Of a DNA stretch of 64,000 nt, positions 40,809 to 57,599 are shown piece after piece. Source of the stretch: the human T2T-CHM13v2.0 reference genome, Homo sapiens. The translations under genes were made by a program, and so were the position numbers. Positions within the stretch are counted from its first letter, which is position 1. Every line of letters begins with the position of its first letter. The notes under the pieces were generated by a model, which searched no databases, was not told the origin of the DNA, and was given only the letters and a program-made list of their open reading frames with translations. The stretch lies in NCBI RefSeq assembly GCF_009914755.1, contig NC_060934.1; one strand, 5' to 3'.

Positions 40809-41049
40809 TTTTAAACAACCATCATAAAAATGATTCGACAAGAATTTATAAATTCTCTTGACATAAATCTCAGCAAAAATGTAGAAGAAAATGAATATTA
40901 TAGAATTAAAAATATTATAATAGAAATAAAAAGCTCACTGGATTTAAGAGTGGAGTGAGGAATACAAAACATAGAATCAGTAATTTTAAGAACAGTTCAA
41001 TAGCATTTACACAATCTGAGTGATAGAGGTAAAATAGAAGAAAAAAAGG

Positions 41050-41400
<351 letters not shown>

Positions 41401-41765
41401 TTACAAAAGATCCAACATTTGTATCATTGGAGTCCTGAAGAGAAGGGAGACAGAGTGGAGTTTAAAGAATATTAAAAAAAATAATGGCTTAAAACTCCCC
41501 AAGTTTGCTGAAAGACCCACAGATGCAAGAAACTAGGCTAACCCCAAATTGAGTAAACCTAAAGAAATCTATGCCAAGACACATTATAATTAAACTTCTG
41601 AAAACTAAAAACAAAGAAAAAAATCTTGAAAGAAGCCAGAGAGAAATGACACATTAACCTATAGGACAACATCAATTCTAAATAAAACAGGTTTCTTATT
41701 TGAAACATGGAGGCCAGAAAAAAGTGGCAAAACACTTTTCAAGTGCTGAAAGAAAATACTAAAAT

Positions 41766-42105
<340 letters not shown>

Positions 42106-42994
42106 CTAAACTCAAACATAATTTCTATGTCCAGTGAAACTATCCTTCAGAAATGAAGGACAAAGGAAAACAAAAAGATTTGTCACTAGAAGATAAATAC
42201 TTATTTAAATAGTCCTATTATAATTAACGAAATTGAATTCATAGGTAAAAGCTCCTGAAAAATAAATCTTCAGGCTCAGATAGTTTCAATAAAGAATTCT
42301 GCTAAACATTTAAAGAAGTGATACTAATTTAGTACGATATTTTCCAGAAAATAAGAGGAAACACTTCCAATCTCAACTTATGAAGTCAGCATTACTCTGA
42401 TACTGAAATAAGACAAAGAGTATAAAACAAAAATAAAAACAAAAACAAACTAAAAACCAATATTGCTCATGACTTAGACAGAAAAGTCCTCAAAAATATA
42501 TTAGCAAATCAAATCCATCAATGTATAAAAATAATTATATACCATGGCCTGGTATGCAAGATTTTTTCAATATTCCAAAATCAATCATGTAATTCACCAT
42601 ATCAACAGACTAAAGGAGAAAAATTATATGATAATATCGATTGAGACAGAAAAAGTATTTGATAAAATGCAATACCCAATAATGATATCACCTCTTAGCA
42701 AATTAAGACAGAAGGGAACTTCCTTAAGTTAAAACAGGACATGTATGAATGTCTTTCTGAAGGTGAAAGACTTAATGGTAAAAGACACAATGGCGACAGA
42801 TTAAATGCTTTCTATATAAGATCGGAAACGAGGCAAGGATGTATGTTCCCACCACTCTTATTCAACATAGTACTGAAAGTTCTAGCCACTACAGTAAGGC
42901 AAGGGGGAAAAAGGCATATAAATTGGAAAGAAAGAAATAAAATTGTTCTTATTTGCAAATAATATAATTGTCTACATAGAAAAACTCAACAAAT

Positions 42995-43787
42995 GGAGAA
43001 GGGATTCAAGGCTTACTAGGTGCATCTAGTACTCGCCTCCTCCACAGAGAGGAACCAGAATAGCATGTAGATAGTCACACTTGGAATAGATCATCTAAAA
43101 GAGGATACTGGAATTCAACAGAGAAGTGGTGGGAAGCATAAAAAGCAAGGAAGGGGAGGGAAGTCAGGCAATCTACTCTGCTGGGATTGTCTAGGAGCCC
43201 GGAGAGGCTCCCTGATGTGAGGAACAAGTACGTGAGAGACCCATAATGGTCCACATCCCTGCCTCTGACTCTTACAATACTAGCCATGGGAGAGCCATTT
43301 GATTCTCCTGGGCTCTGAGAAACATAAGAGAGCTGCCGGGAGACTGTCCAACATTAAACCAGAGAAAGAGCTCACAGTGAGTCCCATAAACCTCTGAGTC
43401 CTAAGCAGTAGCAGCACAGCGCCATTTTGAAAGTCCAGCTCCCACCAGACTGCATCCTGCCCTGGGGCTCAACAGCCCCTGCATCTCTACATCCCTGGAG
43501 CCCTTTTGACAGAAGCCACTATGCTTCCTGTACAGCCTGCAGAACCATGAGCCAATTAATCCTTTTGTATTTGTAAATTACCCAGTTTCAGATATTTCTT
43601 TATAGCAGTGCAAGAATGGACTAATACAGGTACAAGCAAAGTGTGTGCCCCCCACCACCTGCCTATAGCTTCTTCCACTGAAACCAACACTGCCCGTCTC
43701 AGTAGCAGGGCCACAGCACAGCCACGGCTGCCCCTACCCAAGCATTCCACAAGCAGCCTGGGGGTCATCCTACCCCTGCCTACCATA
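42995..43787 (+). mobile_element. 5'UTR fragment of a second L1, carrying an MST/THE1 LTR 3' end (43521-43628); truncated
   Basis: L1 5'UTR-like start (ttcaaggcttactaggtgcatctagtactcgcctcctccac); MaLR end gaatggactaataca. Confidence 0.6.
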
Positions 43788-43892
43788 ATCCACCATATTG
43801 AGAACCAGAAAAATTGTAGTTTGAATGAGAAAAGAAAATCAACTGATACTAACACCAAGATGAATCAGATGTTGGAATGATCTGATAAGAAT
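43788..43892 (+). repeat. 105-bp direct repeat, copy 2 (ectopic)
   Basis: Identical base for base to 40704-40808. Confidence 0.95.
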
Positions 43893-44440
43893 ATAAGATA
43901 GACATACACAAATTAATTGTATTTCTATGTACTCGCAATGACTATGTGGACAGTAAAATTAAAAATACAATACCATTTATAATCACTCCAGGAAAAAAAA
44001 AACATGTAGGCATCAATCTAACAAAACACATACAAAACTTTTGTATACTGAAAACTACACAATGTTGATTAAAAAATTGAAGTATTAATAATTTTAAATA
44101 CATGGAGAAACACACCATGTTTATGAATGGGAAGATTCAACATAGTAAAGATGTTAATTCTGTCCAAATTGATATACAGGTTTAACACAATTCCTATTAA
44201 AATCCCAGAGAGATTTTTTGTAGATATAGACAAAATTATTCTAGAATTTATATGGAAATGCAAAGGAACTAGAATGGCAAAACAATTTTGGAAAAAAATA
44301 GTAGCTAAATCAATTAAGTCTATTTTATTTTGAGACATTATATAGCTATAGTAATCAAGGATGTGTAGAGGAATAGACACATAGATCAATGGAACAGAAC
44401 AGAGAGCCCAGAAACGACCCACACAAATATGCCTAACTGA

Positions 44441-44723
<283 letters not shown>

Positions 44724-45930
44724 TCGAAGTGATTTTTAAAAATAAAGGTACAAATGCAATTAAATGAAGAAAAGGTAGCCATTTCAAGAAGTGGTGTTGA
44801 AGCCAGTGGATGTTCATAGGAAAAAGGAAAGGAAAGAAAAGAAACTCATCACTTATGCAGAAATTAAATCAACAGATTCTAGACTTAAGTGTAAACATAA
44901 CATTATAAAACTTGTAGAAAAAATTATAAAAATTCTTCAGGATGTAGGGATAAAGAGCTTTTAGACATGGTGCCAAAAGCAAGACCTATAAGAGAAAAAA
45001 AATGGATAAATTGGACTTTATCAGAATTCAAAACCTGTTCTCTGTCAAAGACTCTGCTAAAAGGATGAAAAGACAAGATATGGAGTGGGGAAAGTACTTG
45101 CAAAGCCTATATCCAACAGAGGACTAATATCTAGAATATATACAGAACTCTCAAAACTAAACAGTAAAAACCCAAACAATTAAATTAGAAAATGAAGACT
45201 TAGATTCACACAAAAACTTGTACATGAATCTTTATAATAGCTTTATTCCTAATAGCCCAAACTGGAAACAGCACAATTGTTATATAATGTATAAATGGTT
45301 AAACTGTGGTATGTCCATATCATGAAATACTACTTAGCAGTGAAAAGGAATAAACTACTGATAGGCACAACAACCTAAATGAATAGAATTGCATAGAATT
45401 ATACTGGGTACAAAAGCCAACTCCAAATGGTTACATACTATATGATTCCATTTATATCATACTCTTGCAATAGTAAAATTATAGAAATGGAAAACAGATT
45501 CATTGTTGACAAGGATTAAAGATGAGCTGTGGCTATAAAAAGGCAATATGAGAAGCACTGTGGTGATGAAAGTGTTCTTTATCCTGATGGTGTCAATGTC
45601 AGTACTCTGGTGGGATATTGTACTGCAGTTCTGCAAAATGTTACCACTGGAAGAAACTGTGTAAAGAGTGTGATGGATTGCTATGTATTATTTCTTAAAA
45701 TAAAATATAAATATAAAGTTATCTTAAAATGTAAAACTTAATTTAAAAACACAACATCTGCTTGAATTTATTAGGGAACCAGCAAGGTAGTTATGGTAAA
45801 CTGTAAGATGACTACAAATTCATCCCATGCATATCCTTCTACAGTGTGACATAGCTGTACCTGCCACTGAGAGATGCATCCCTTGAAGTGGGATGAAGAG
45901 TTTATTTCTCCATCTCTGGAAATGAATATG

Positions 45931-46075
45931 AGCCAGGTGCAGTAGCTTGTACTGTAATCCCAGCACTTTGGGAGGCTCAGGTGGGAGGATTGCTTGAGGC
46001 TAGGAGTTTGAGATCAGCCTGGGTGACAGAGCAAGACCCAATTTCTACAATTTTTTAAAAAAAATTTAAAAAAAG
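45931..46075 (+). mobile_element. FLAM Alu monomer within an MLT1 remnant
   Basis: Left-monomer consensus plus tail. Confidence 0.75.
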
Positions 46076-47903
46076 AAACTGATGTGTATTGACCAATGGG
46101 ATATGAACAAACACAATTCAAGCATAAGTTTTAAAAGCACTTCTTCAGAAACAAGGAAAGGATGTCCCGTCTCACCACTGCTTTTCAACATCATACTGGA
46201 AGTCCTAGCTAATGCAATAAGAAAAGGAAAAAAGGTGTACAGATTATGAATTAAGAAAGAAAACTCCTTGTTTCATCTGAAATCTGAAAGAAATCTGAAA
46301 GAACTGACCAAAAAACCCCTCCTGGAAATAATAAGCCATTATAGCAAGGTTGTAGGATACAAGGTCAATATACAAAATTCAATCACTCTCCTATATACCA
46401 GCAATGAATAAGTGGAATTTAAAATTAAAAGCACAACATCAAGTACATTAGCATCCCCCAAAATAAAATATTCAGGTGTAAATCTAACAAAATATGTATA
46501 AGATCTACACGAGGAAAACTACAAAACTCTTGTGAAAGAAATCAAAGAAGAACTAAATAAATTGAGAGATATCCCATGTTCATGGATAGGAAGACTCAAT
46601 ATTATCAAGATATCAGCTCTTCCCAATTTGATTCAACACAATCTCAATGTAAATCCCAGCAAGTTGTTTTGTGGTTATTGACAAACTGATTCTAAAGTTT
46701 ACATGGGTAGGCAAAAGTCTCAGAATAGCCAACACAATATTGAAGGGGAATTAAAAAGTTCAAGGACTAACTTACCTGACTCCAAGACTTACTATAAAAC
46801 TGCAGTAATCAAGACAGTGTGGTATTTGTGAAAGAATAGACAAGTAGATCAATGAAACAGAATAAAGAGTGCAGAAATAGACCCACATAAGTATAATCAA
46901 CTGATCTTTGACAACAGAGAAAAAGCAGTACAACAGAGAAAAGAGAGTCTTTTCAACAAATGGTGCTAGAACAACCAGACATCCCTAGGCCAAAAAAAAC
47001 AAATGAACAAACAAACAAACAAAAAAAAAACTTGATGCAAATCTTACACCCTTCATAAAAATTAACTCAAAATGGATCATAGACCTAAATGCAAAACACA
47101 AAATAATAAAAATACTAGAAGATAACATAGGAGAAAATCTAGATGAACTTGGATTTGAAGATGACTTTTTTAGATGCAACACTAAGGCGTGATCCATGAA
47201 AGAAAGAATTGATAAGCTTGACTTCTTTAAAATTAAAAAATTTTGCTCCATGAAAGATGCTATCAAGAGAATGAAAAGATATGCCACAGACTGGGACCAA
47301 ACATTTGCAAAAGATGTATTTGATAAAGGACTGTTATCCAAAATATACAAAGAACTCTTGAAACTCCACAATAAGAAAAACAATTCAATTTAGAAATGGG
47401 CCAAAGACCTTAACACATACCTCACCAAAGATACACAGATGGCAAAGAAGCACATGAAAATATGCTCCACATCACATCATCAGTGACATGCAAATTAAAA
47501 CAACAATGAGATACTGCTATACATCTATTAGAATGGTCAAAATCCAGAAAACTGACAACTCTAAATACTGGCAAGGAAGAATTGGAACAACAGGGATTCT
47601 CATTCATCACTGGTGAGAATGCAAAATAGTACAGCCACTTTAGAAAACAGCTTGTCAGTTTCTTGCAAAACTAAACATACACTTAACATACAATCTAGCA
47701 AGCACACTCCTTGGTATTTATTCAAAAATGTCAAAAACTTGTGTCCACACAGAAGCCTGCATGTGGATGTTTACAGAAGTTTTATTCATACTTGCCAAAA
47801 TTTGGAAGCAACCAAGATGTACTTCAGTAGGTGAATGGATAAATAAACTGTGGTACATTCAGACAATCGAATATTATTCTGTGCTAAAAAGAAATGAGTT
47901 ATC

Positions 47904-48083
47904 GGCCAGATGTGGTGGCTTGTGCCTTTAATTCTAGCAGTTTGGAAGGCCGAGGCAGGAGGATCACTTGAAGCCAGGAGTTCTAGACCAGCCTGGGCAA
48001 TGTAGTGAGACCTCTTCTACAAAAAAAAGAAAGAAAGGGAATAAAGGAAGGAAGCAAGGAGGGAAGGAAGGAAGGAAGGAAGG
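47904..48083 (+). mobile_element. FLAM Alu monomer with (GGAA)n tail
   Basis: Left-monomer consensus. Confidence 0.75.
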
Positions 48084-48189
48084 GTGTTATCAAGCCATGA
48101 AAAGACATGGAGGAAACTTGAATGCATATTTCTAATAAAATATGAAAGAAGCCAAACTGAAAATGCTACATACTGTATGATTCCAATTA

Positions 48190-48633
<444 letters not shown>

Positions 48634-49159
48634 CTACAATGATACGTACACATCATTACATATTTGTCCCTACCCATAGAATGTACAACCCTAAGAGTGA
48701 ACCCTAATGTAAAGTATGGACTCTGGGTAATAACAATGTGCCAATGTAGGCTCATCAACTGTAACAAATGTGCGAGATGTTGGTAATGGGGGAGGCTATG
48801 TATGTGTGGGGGAAGGGAGTATATGGGAAATCTCAGGACCTTCTGCTCAATTTTGCTAGGCAACTAAAGCTGCTCTGAAAAATAAAGTCTATTTTGAAGA
48901 AAGCACTTATTCATTAGGAGTTGCTGTTTTGGCTGAACTTAGAACTCTGAGACTACAATGTGCACAGGCCTGAACTAGTCTGCTGGAGTTCATGTGGAGG
49001 AGAAACAAAGCACCCTGGCCAACTGCCTGCAAACTTCCAGAGATGTGAGTGAGTTAGCTTCAATTGGTGGATAACCCTGAAATAAACTGTGTGGGAAAGG
49101 CAGGTTAAATGCTCAACTCATTTATTTACCAGTGCTCAGAAAAATGAATTATTACCCTA

Positions 49160-49760
49160 GTATGGTGTATGTGTATTGGGCTAACTTAGCTAAGCTGGAA
49201 CTATGTTTTCCAGAATTTCCTTCCCTGCAGAGTTCCAGGTTAGTGTCCATCATGGTAGATATTTTGCACAAGACTTGGAAGGCAGAAGTGAAGCAGCAGC
49301 CACATATAATTGTGTATGCTCAGAAGATCAAGGCCAGGCACTGTGCAGCTTATGCACATTGTTGATATCTGTTGGCTAATTGTCCATGTGGGATAGAAGC
49401 TAGGCCTGCAGGTACTTCAGCTTCTCTGACTTCATGGTTAGAGTGTGTTTAATTCCACAATAAAGGTGCATGTCATCAACATCATTGGTGTTGATGGAGG
49501 CTTAGAGTTGGTGAGAGACTGATGTAGGCTCCTGCTCCTTTTCACAGGTTCCAATTTGTCTTTGCTCCCCCAACTTCATGTCCATCTTACATTCCTGCCT
49601 GTGTTTGTCTTCAGGCGCTGGCAGCTGACTTAGAAGCAACAGCTTCACACAGATGGTATAACCAGCTCTCACATTTGAGTAAGGTCAAAACCCTATGATA
49701 AATCCTTCATTTTAAATATCTCCTGGTGGTTATCCCTCTCTGATGACTCTAGAAGATACC
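49160..49760 (+). mobile_element. MLT2 (E/F-like) ERVL LTR
   Basis: aacttagctaagctggaacta...ggaaggcagaagtgaagcagcagcc. Confidence 0.65.
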
Positions 49761-49819
49761 CCTAGCAACTTCCAAAGTAATCAGTGACTTACTTTAAAAA
49801 AAAATAGCTTATTTACTTA

Positions 49820-52220
49820 CAGATGAGACTTCCAATTTCAGCATTAACATGCAAGGGACTTGGAAGTCAATGTTCTATACTTAAAACAAGAAAAAAGCTA
49901 AACTGAAAAATCAGTGGCTTTTCTTAGATCCATCAGAGAATCGAGGTCACAGTGCAAACCACCACCCTGGAGAGACTGGTGCATAGAGAGGAACAAGCAG
50001 AATCAGCTTACCTGAGCAGAAGCTCCTGGAGCAATGGTAGGTACACTTACACGATAGTTTTGATGAAATGTTGGAGGCTGAATGTGTATTAGTTTGAGAG
50101 TGAGATACTTTCCTGGGGGCTCAGGCATAGGGGGGTCTCCACACTTTCATGGTTTTATTTTCAGTAACCTCACCAGGTTCTCAAGGTGAAGATCTAAGAG
50201 AAATCCCCTTCTGTCCAGAGTGTTCTCCATAACTAAGGCCTGCCCTTTAGGGGAGAGCCTTATGTACCTCAGGGCAAATCCAGCCTCCTCTAGCCTTCCT
50301 GTCTCACCTAAGGGGAGAAAAAACAAAAAGCTAAGAAACACTTCTGGCAGTCACAGGCCAGTGACTTTTGCCCAGTAGAAGACATTTGCATGAGGTTACA
50401 GATTGCTTCCTCTCCTCCAACTTTACGTCAACAGGACTCTAGTAACAGTGGATTATAACTGCCAGAGTTATAAGACACAGGCTCTATTTAAGAAGGAGTT
50501 CTTAGGGAAATCCAAAGATAACAGGGGAGGGGGAAAATCCAACAAAGACACTACAGGAAATGGAAGCTTATGGCGCCTACAGGTAGAGCAAACAGTAAAC
50601 TTGGTTCAGCTCCTAGCTAAATTAACATAACTCCTCGCTCCAAAGGCCTATTTCTCTCCCTTCCTATGACTTGATACATCACATTGGTTTTCAAAACAAA
50701 CAAAGAAACAAACAAAAAACGACAAAGCATGCTAAAAGGCAAGAAAAAAACGTAATTTGAAAAGACAAAGCAATCTTCAGAACCAGACTCAGATATGTAC
50801 TCACGGATGAGTTTCAACCCAATGCAGTAATTATTGTTTCTAATGTCCACATTTTTCCATTTTTGGCCAGTGGAAGTCCTTTCAGGTTGGTTTCTCTGTC
50901 CTTTTGGCACAGCCCTCAGAGTAGCTTCCCTGCTACTCAGACTCACCTTGTATATTTCTTGTCCATGTGTACAGCTAGCTTTTTCTCCACAGAGCCCTCA
51001 TTCCTCTTAGGAGGCAATGGTAATTAGAGGTCACAGTCTAGGGGTTCAGGGTGTTTGTTGCCAGAGTTGGTTGTTACTTCTAGGCCTTTTCAGTTAGTAT
51101 AAGAACAGAGGCTGCTTTTTATAATTATTTATTGTTATAGTTTTTAAAAAGAAAAATACATCATAAGCCTCTACTGATAATTCCAGTTTAAATTTAGCAT
51201 TCCATGCGTTTTAGTTAAATTCTTTGAATTTATATTTGTATTTCTTTTCTCTTCTGCAAAAATTTTGACTACTAACTATATTAGCAGTTACTTATTTGTT
51301 TTATCTCACTATGCATAATAATTTCAAACTAACAAACCAATATTATTACTAAAATAGACTTACTAAATACAATTTAAGATATTTTTGAAGTTTTAAAAAT
51401 CTTTATAACATATTAATGTGTTTTAAAATCACTTCAGCTAATTCTCTGTGGTTAAGCCCCAACCTTGATATGCAGTAGTCTCAGTCTGTTTTCTGTAGCT
51501 TATAACAGAATACCTAAACTGGGTAATTTGTAAAGTCAAGGAATTTATTTCTTACAGTTCTGGAGGCCGAGGAGTCCAAGGTCAGTGAGAGGCATCTTCT
51601 GAGGTTCTTCTTGCTGGCAGGGACTCTCTACAGAGTCACAAGGCAGCATGGGGTGTTACACGGCAAGCGGTTGAGTGTGCCATCTCAGGTCTTTCTCTTA
51701 TAAAGCCACCAGTTCCACTTCCACAATAACCCATTAATTCATTAACCTACTAATCCATTAATCCATGAACTGATTAATTCCATTGATGAAAACAGAACCT
51801 TCAAGACCCAATCACTTCTTAAAGGCCCCACTGCTCAATACTGCCACACTGGGGATTAAAGTTCAGCATGAGTTTTGGAGGAGGCAGATATTCAAACCAT
51901 AGCAGTAAAGTTTATAGAATTCATTGTGTCTTTTATTTTTGATGTTACTTTTAATTTTAACATTTAATTTTGTTTTATAATTATGTAGGATGGCTCCAAA
52001 GTCAAAACTACAACAAGATATTTTCAGAGAAGATTAATTTCCAATCCTGTCTCCTCTGTCCTGTTATTGGAAACCGTTTTCATTAGTTTTTGGTTTATCC
52101 TTTCTTTGTTAAAAATATAAGCAAATTTATTCATTTATTTCTTCTTGTTTGTACTTAAATTCTCCCTTTCTTAGATAAAAGGCACCGTGCTGTATACCGT
52201 TCTGTATTTTGCTTTTTTTT
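49820..52220. mobile_element. L1M fragments (sense 5' part to ~50810, then antisense 3' part)
   Basis: Degenerate L1M-like sequence. Confidence 0.5.
51475..51904 (-). mobile_element. MST-type (MSTC/D-like) MaLR LTR
   Basis: ttacagttctggaggccgag..., ccattaatccatt motif repeats, attcaaaccatagca end. Confidence 0.78.
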
Positions 52221-53437
52221 CCCTTGTCGACTCTCATTCCATAGTTGTGTATCTGTAACTGGATTCTGGGTGAACTGCACCTATCAGGATGCAAATAGGA
52301 AGCAGCTATATTGGTTCTCCCCACTTCCCCTCCAAACCAGCTCTTCTTTTATTCTTTGTTGCCCCTGGGTGAAATCTCTGGCCGTTCTCAGGTTATCCCA
52401 ATCACCAACAGCTAACAAGTGAATAGCATCTTTCCCCAAACATTAGAATGTTCAGTCCAGTGTGATATCAAAACTCCAACTTTATTTAGAGCTTTCCCTC
52501 TCCCTCAGCTCAGAACGACAGCAGAATGAGTACCCTGCAGTGGGACAAGTGTGTGGGTGGAAGGCGTTATCAACTGCTCTCTTCTTTTCCTTCGCCTGCC
52601 CACCCTCCCAGCTGCTGGTTATTCTTCAGAGTGGGAAGACACAGGATAGTTCTTGCTTGGCTGCTCTAGTTGTCACTGGGTGCTGGTGCTCTCTGGGTGT
52701 GGCCATTCCAAATGCTGATTGTCTCACTCTAGAGGTAGCTTCCTGGGGTCTTTGGAGACCATTTTATCACTAAGGATCGCTCACCTACAGTTCCCTAGGC
52801 ACAGATATTATCCCACTTGCTATTCCCATGTAAGTCACCACTTAGCCCCTTCGTATCTGGGGAGACACCTGGTCCCTTCACACTCTCAAGGTGACCCAGC
52901 CTCGCTTCCTTCTTCAGGCTCCACATGTGAGCCAGGAACTCAGGGATCCTTTGCCCATCCAGATTCTGGAAGCAGTAGCTGCTCTCAGGTAGCTGCTTCT
53001 CTTCCCTCTGCCAACCTAGGGCAGCTGCAATGCAGACTCTCTTAGACTTTTCGAATGTGAATTGGACACATCCAATTCACACATCTACATCCTTCAAATG
53101 CTAAGGAACATGTGTCAAACTCTCTATGTGGTTTTCCTGAAACTCTTTAATTTGGCTGGAGGTGCCAGAATGCCCAGCACGCTGCCAAATCTCTCCAAAA
53201 ATGCTTCTTCACTGGACTCTTCCACATCTTCAAACATTTTTTTTTGTCTTTGTTTTTATGGCATGGAGGTGGGTGATGGACCAGTGCTGGCAGACCCAGT
53301 TTTGGCATTATGATCACACATGTCCTATAGAAGTTGTCTAGCATCCCACTTTAGAAGTGGGGAATATGGGCTTCTATCACTTTGTTCTGGGCCTCTGGGG
53401 CCGCTGCCAAAATTCTGAGGTGAAAGAAAAGCTGTAA

Positions 53438-53722
<285 letters not shown>

Positions 53723-55373
53723 TCATGTTCTGTTGTCTTTCTAATGAGTTGTGTTCTGAATGTAGCATTTGAGTTATTTTCCCATATTGCAGGTGGGAAA
53801 GACAAAGTGGCTCATTCCACAGCCCATAGTAACTGTTAAAACAGAGATTCTTAGCTCTGGTGCCTTTGTTAGCCACCAAGACCTGGAACTGTGGGCTGCT
53901 CTGTTGCAAAAACTATTTCTAAGCATTTATTGTGGCCCAACATTTTCCTGTTGGAAAGATTCCAGTTCCTCTCTTCCTCTTGACTCCTGGGGCTGACAGG
54001 CGGCCTTCCCCTGCTGCGGGCAGCATCCCATGCTTCCAGATGGACACTCAACATCTTCAAGCACAATGTGTGGTTAAGGGCATGTGTTTAGAGACAAACC
54101 CCCTGGCTCTGCCTCTTTCTAGCTGTGAGAGTTTCTGGGCAAGTCACCTAACTGTGTACTTTGAACCTTGTCATAAAATGGGTATATTAACACCATCAGT
54201 TTTGCAGAATATGGTAAGGATTGGAGAGAGGTGTGTGTGTGATGTTTAGTCTGGGGCCTAGCACATAGTAAATGCTCAGTAAATGGTAATATATTAGTCC
54301 AGCTAGCTAGGCCATGCTGCTGCAACAAACACAAAAAATGCTCAACCTGAGGTATTTGGCACACAGGGCTATTTTCCATGCACTGCTTTCTGATGTGAGC
54401 TGGGTGGGCCTTTCTTCTTGTGGCTCTATTGTCTAGAACACATGACCTCCATGGTCACTATATCAGGAAAAGAGAGAGCCGGGGTCATAGGGGATATTTT
54501 TAAAGACAAAGTCTGGAAGTGGCTCATGCCTCTGCCATCTTTTTTCTATTGGGCAGAACTCAGTAACATGGCCCTGATCTTATTTTAAGGCAAATATGGT
54601 TTTCCTTTGTGCCCAGGAATAAGAAATGGTGTGGTGAACACATAGCATTGCCCACTTGCTATTCAGCAGGGAGACCCTTTTGGCCCTTGGTTGTGGCAGA
54701 CAGAAAGGGTTCAGGAAACACAAGATGATTGATTGACTTCGCTTTGGAGGGAGGGAGAGGCCACCTTCTCCCACCCTGACTCATGGTGGCACTCAGACCA
54801 CCTGGAAGGCAGAAGTCTGGGCAGGTGGCAGCACTCTGGGGAAGGGTCAGGCTCAGAAGGGCAGAGGTTCCCTGGGGGGCACATGGTGCCTACCATCTGG
54901 CCTGAGGCCTCATTCGACCCCCAGGGCTGGCTTCGCTTCTGTGGCTTCCCAGGCAGGGCCAAGGTGGGACCTTGTGCTGTTGGAGATTCACACACTTGTT
55001 TCTGCAGTCAGCCTTGGTGTCACAGGCATGGTGCAGGCATGGGACTTTGCTCTATTGAGGATTCCACACTTGTTTCTGTGATCAGTGCCTTAACACAGGC
55101 CTCCATCCTCCCTGACTTTCCTCCATCCTAAGCCTCAGAGGCAGATCCTGTGTAGCTTAGGTCACTGACTGGAGTCCTGCTGTCCCCACAGTACCTGCAG
55201 GCTCCAAAACTTCCTTGGCTTCCTATGGCCTACAGTGCAAGTCACAGACTAAGAATGTAAGAGCTGGGGTGATCTTGGAAATCTCTGAGTCCAGGGGTGT
55301 CTTTGGGCAGCTAAGGAAAGAGGTGCCCAGAGTCCTGGCTTTACTATGTATTTATGTTTCATATTCTGAACAA

Positions 55374-55738
55374 TGTCTTAGTCCATTCAGCTGCTATAAT
55401 ACAACACAATAAATTGGGTGGCAAATAAACAACAGAAATGTATTTCGAACAGTTCTAGAGGCTGGGAAATCCAAGAGGAAAGAAAGCACCAGCAGATTGG
55501 GTGTCTAGTGAGAGGCATCTTCCTGTCTTATACAGGACACCTTCCTGCTGCATCTTCACATGGTGGAAGGGGTAAATGAGCTCCCTTGTGCCTCTCTTAT
55601 AAGGGCACTAATCCCATTCATAAAAGTTTCACCTAATGACCTAATCACCTCCCAAAGTCTCCAGCTCCAAATACCATCGTCTTGGGGATTAGATTTCAAT
55701 GTACGCATTTTCAGGGACACAAACATTGAAACCATAGC
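55374..55738 (-). mobile_element. MLT1A-like MaLR LTR
   Basis: tgtcttagtccattcagctgctataa...aaaccatagca. Confidence 0.82.
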
Positions 55739-57599
55739 ACCCAAATAATTTTCCAAGCCTCCTCTTCCAACACCCCCCAAGACGATCTCCATCTTTCCAG
55801 GTCAGCCTCTGTCATCGAACATGTCATTTAGAGTCCCAGCCTCACACCTCTGCCAATGCCAATTCCATCGCCTGAAAGGGCACTCCGCCTTTGACTTACT
55901 TGGGTTTCGCAAGACTTTCTCATCTCCGGAGCTCACTCTTCATCTTGAGCTCCTGCAGCCTAGATGGGCCTGTGCTGTGGTCCTCTCTGACTGTCTAAAT
56001 TTTTACTTGACTCTGAATGTCCTTATGGGATTGTGTTTCTGTCCTTGCACCACCAGGGCTCTAGGAGGGGAAGGGTCACTAGTAATAACAACGGGTTGAA
56101 GATAACAGCAAACTGGATCAGGCTTCATGTGCTTGATACTATTGTCTTCATCAATTCCATTGCAAACATAGAGGATGGGAATGATCACCGCCATGTTACA
56201 GATGAGGAAACAGGCTCAGAGGGATTGAGTTACTTGCCCAAGGTGACCCAGTTTGTGAGCTGCAGAGCAAGCATCTGAATGGCAGTGTGACTGACCCTGA
56301 ACTCAAGCCCTTAATATTGGGCTGTCTGGTCACATGGGTGGCTCCTGCTCATGGTGGTGGCAGGTACTGGTGACTGTCTACTCTTCCAGACAGCTCCATC
56401 TGAATGGCATGCATGGGGAAACTGAGGCCCACTGAAGGTCACACTGCCTAAGCACCGAGCCGGGAGGTAGAGGTACCTCTGTCGTATCCCACGGACTTGC
56501 CTTACACTGGGGTGGGGGCTTTGCTACCTTTCCTGGTCATTTTATTTCCTGCTCCAGCAGAAAGTGACCTGGGAGAGGATGCGCCAGAGACACTATTGGT
56601 TCCTATGTGGCATAGGGACTGCTGACCCCCTCCTCCTGCCTTTCCCCTGCAGACCATAGGTCCCAGCACCATTGAAATTTCAGTCCCAAACCTCAGCCAG
56701 ACCCTGAACATATGTTCCACCCTGAAAGGAACAATGAAGCAAGCCTCCAGGCTTAATTAAGACCCCACAAAAAGCCCTTCTGGGCTGGCCTTATTCTCTG
56801 CTTTTGGTTGCTTTTTCACCCACCCCACCCCCGCTCTTCTGTTTCTGCCACTTCCTCTGTGGAAAGGATGAAAGGCATTCGAGACACCCGGGCTCTTCCA
56901 TACTCCCTGGTCCTCTTTTCTTCCAGTCTGCCCTCCCTCCACTCTTCTAAGTCCTGAAGTAGGAGAGGAGGCTGCCTGGGTTCGGGCGCCCAGCTGCAGA
57001 AACAGGCAGGCAGTGAGAGACTGCCTGGCTTCCAGTGCTTGCAGGGCTGCCCTCCCTGGGCTGGGACCCTCTGGCTAAGTTGTGGGGTCAGCCTGGCCCA
57101 GGTCTGCAATCTGATCTGGATTTTGGAGGAAGATTCTGCAACAGGTGGCTGCACTGACTTTAAGGTGGAGCCCCAGTTCTGAGGGCTCTGTAGCTGCACC
57201 CTTGGGTCCAGGTCTACTGGCCTGTGAAGGGTCGTCAAAAGGCCCAAGCATGGCACAGGGGTGCAAGGAATTTTTATGTTGAATAAATATATGAATTTTT
57301 ACTTATTTAACAAAGCTCATGTACTGTGTACTGGATGCCTAAGACCTATTAATCCTCACATTAGGTATTATCATCCCTATTTTGCACATGAGACCATCAA
57401 GGGACAGAGAGATTAAGCAAACTGCACAAGATCACACAGCAAGTAGAGGATTTGAATCCAAGCGAACTGGCCTCAGAGGCCATACACTTAATACCTGCCT
57501 AGGCTGCTTCTAATGGAAGAACAGACCCATTTGACCACCACCAGATAAACTGACTCCTTCCTCAGTTCTGTTCCTCTGAATTCTCTGTGCAGTTCCACA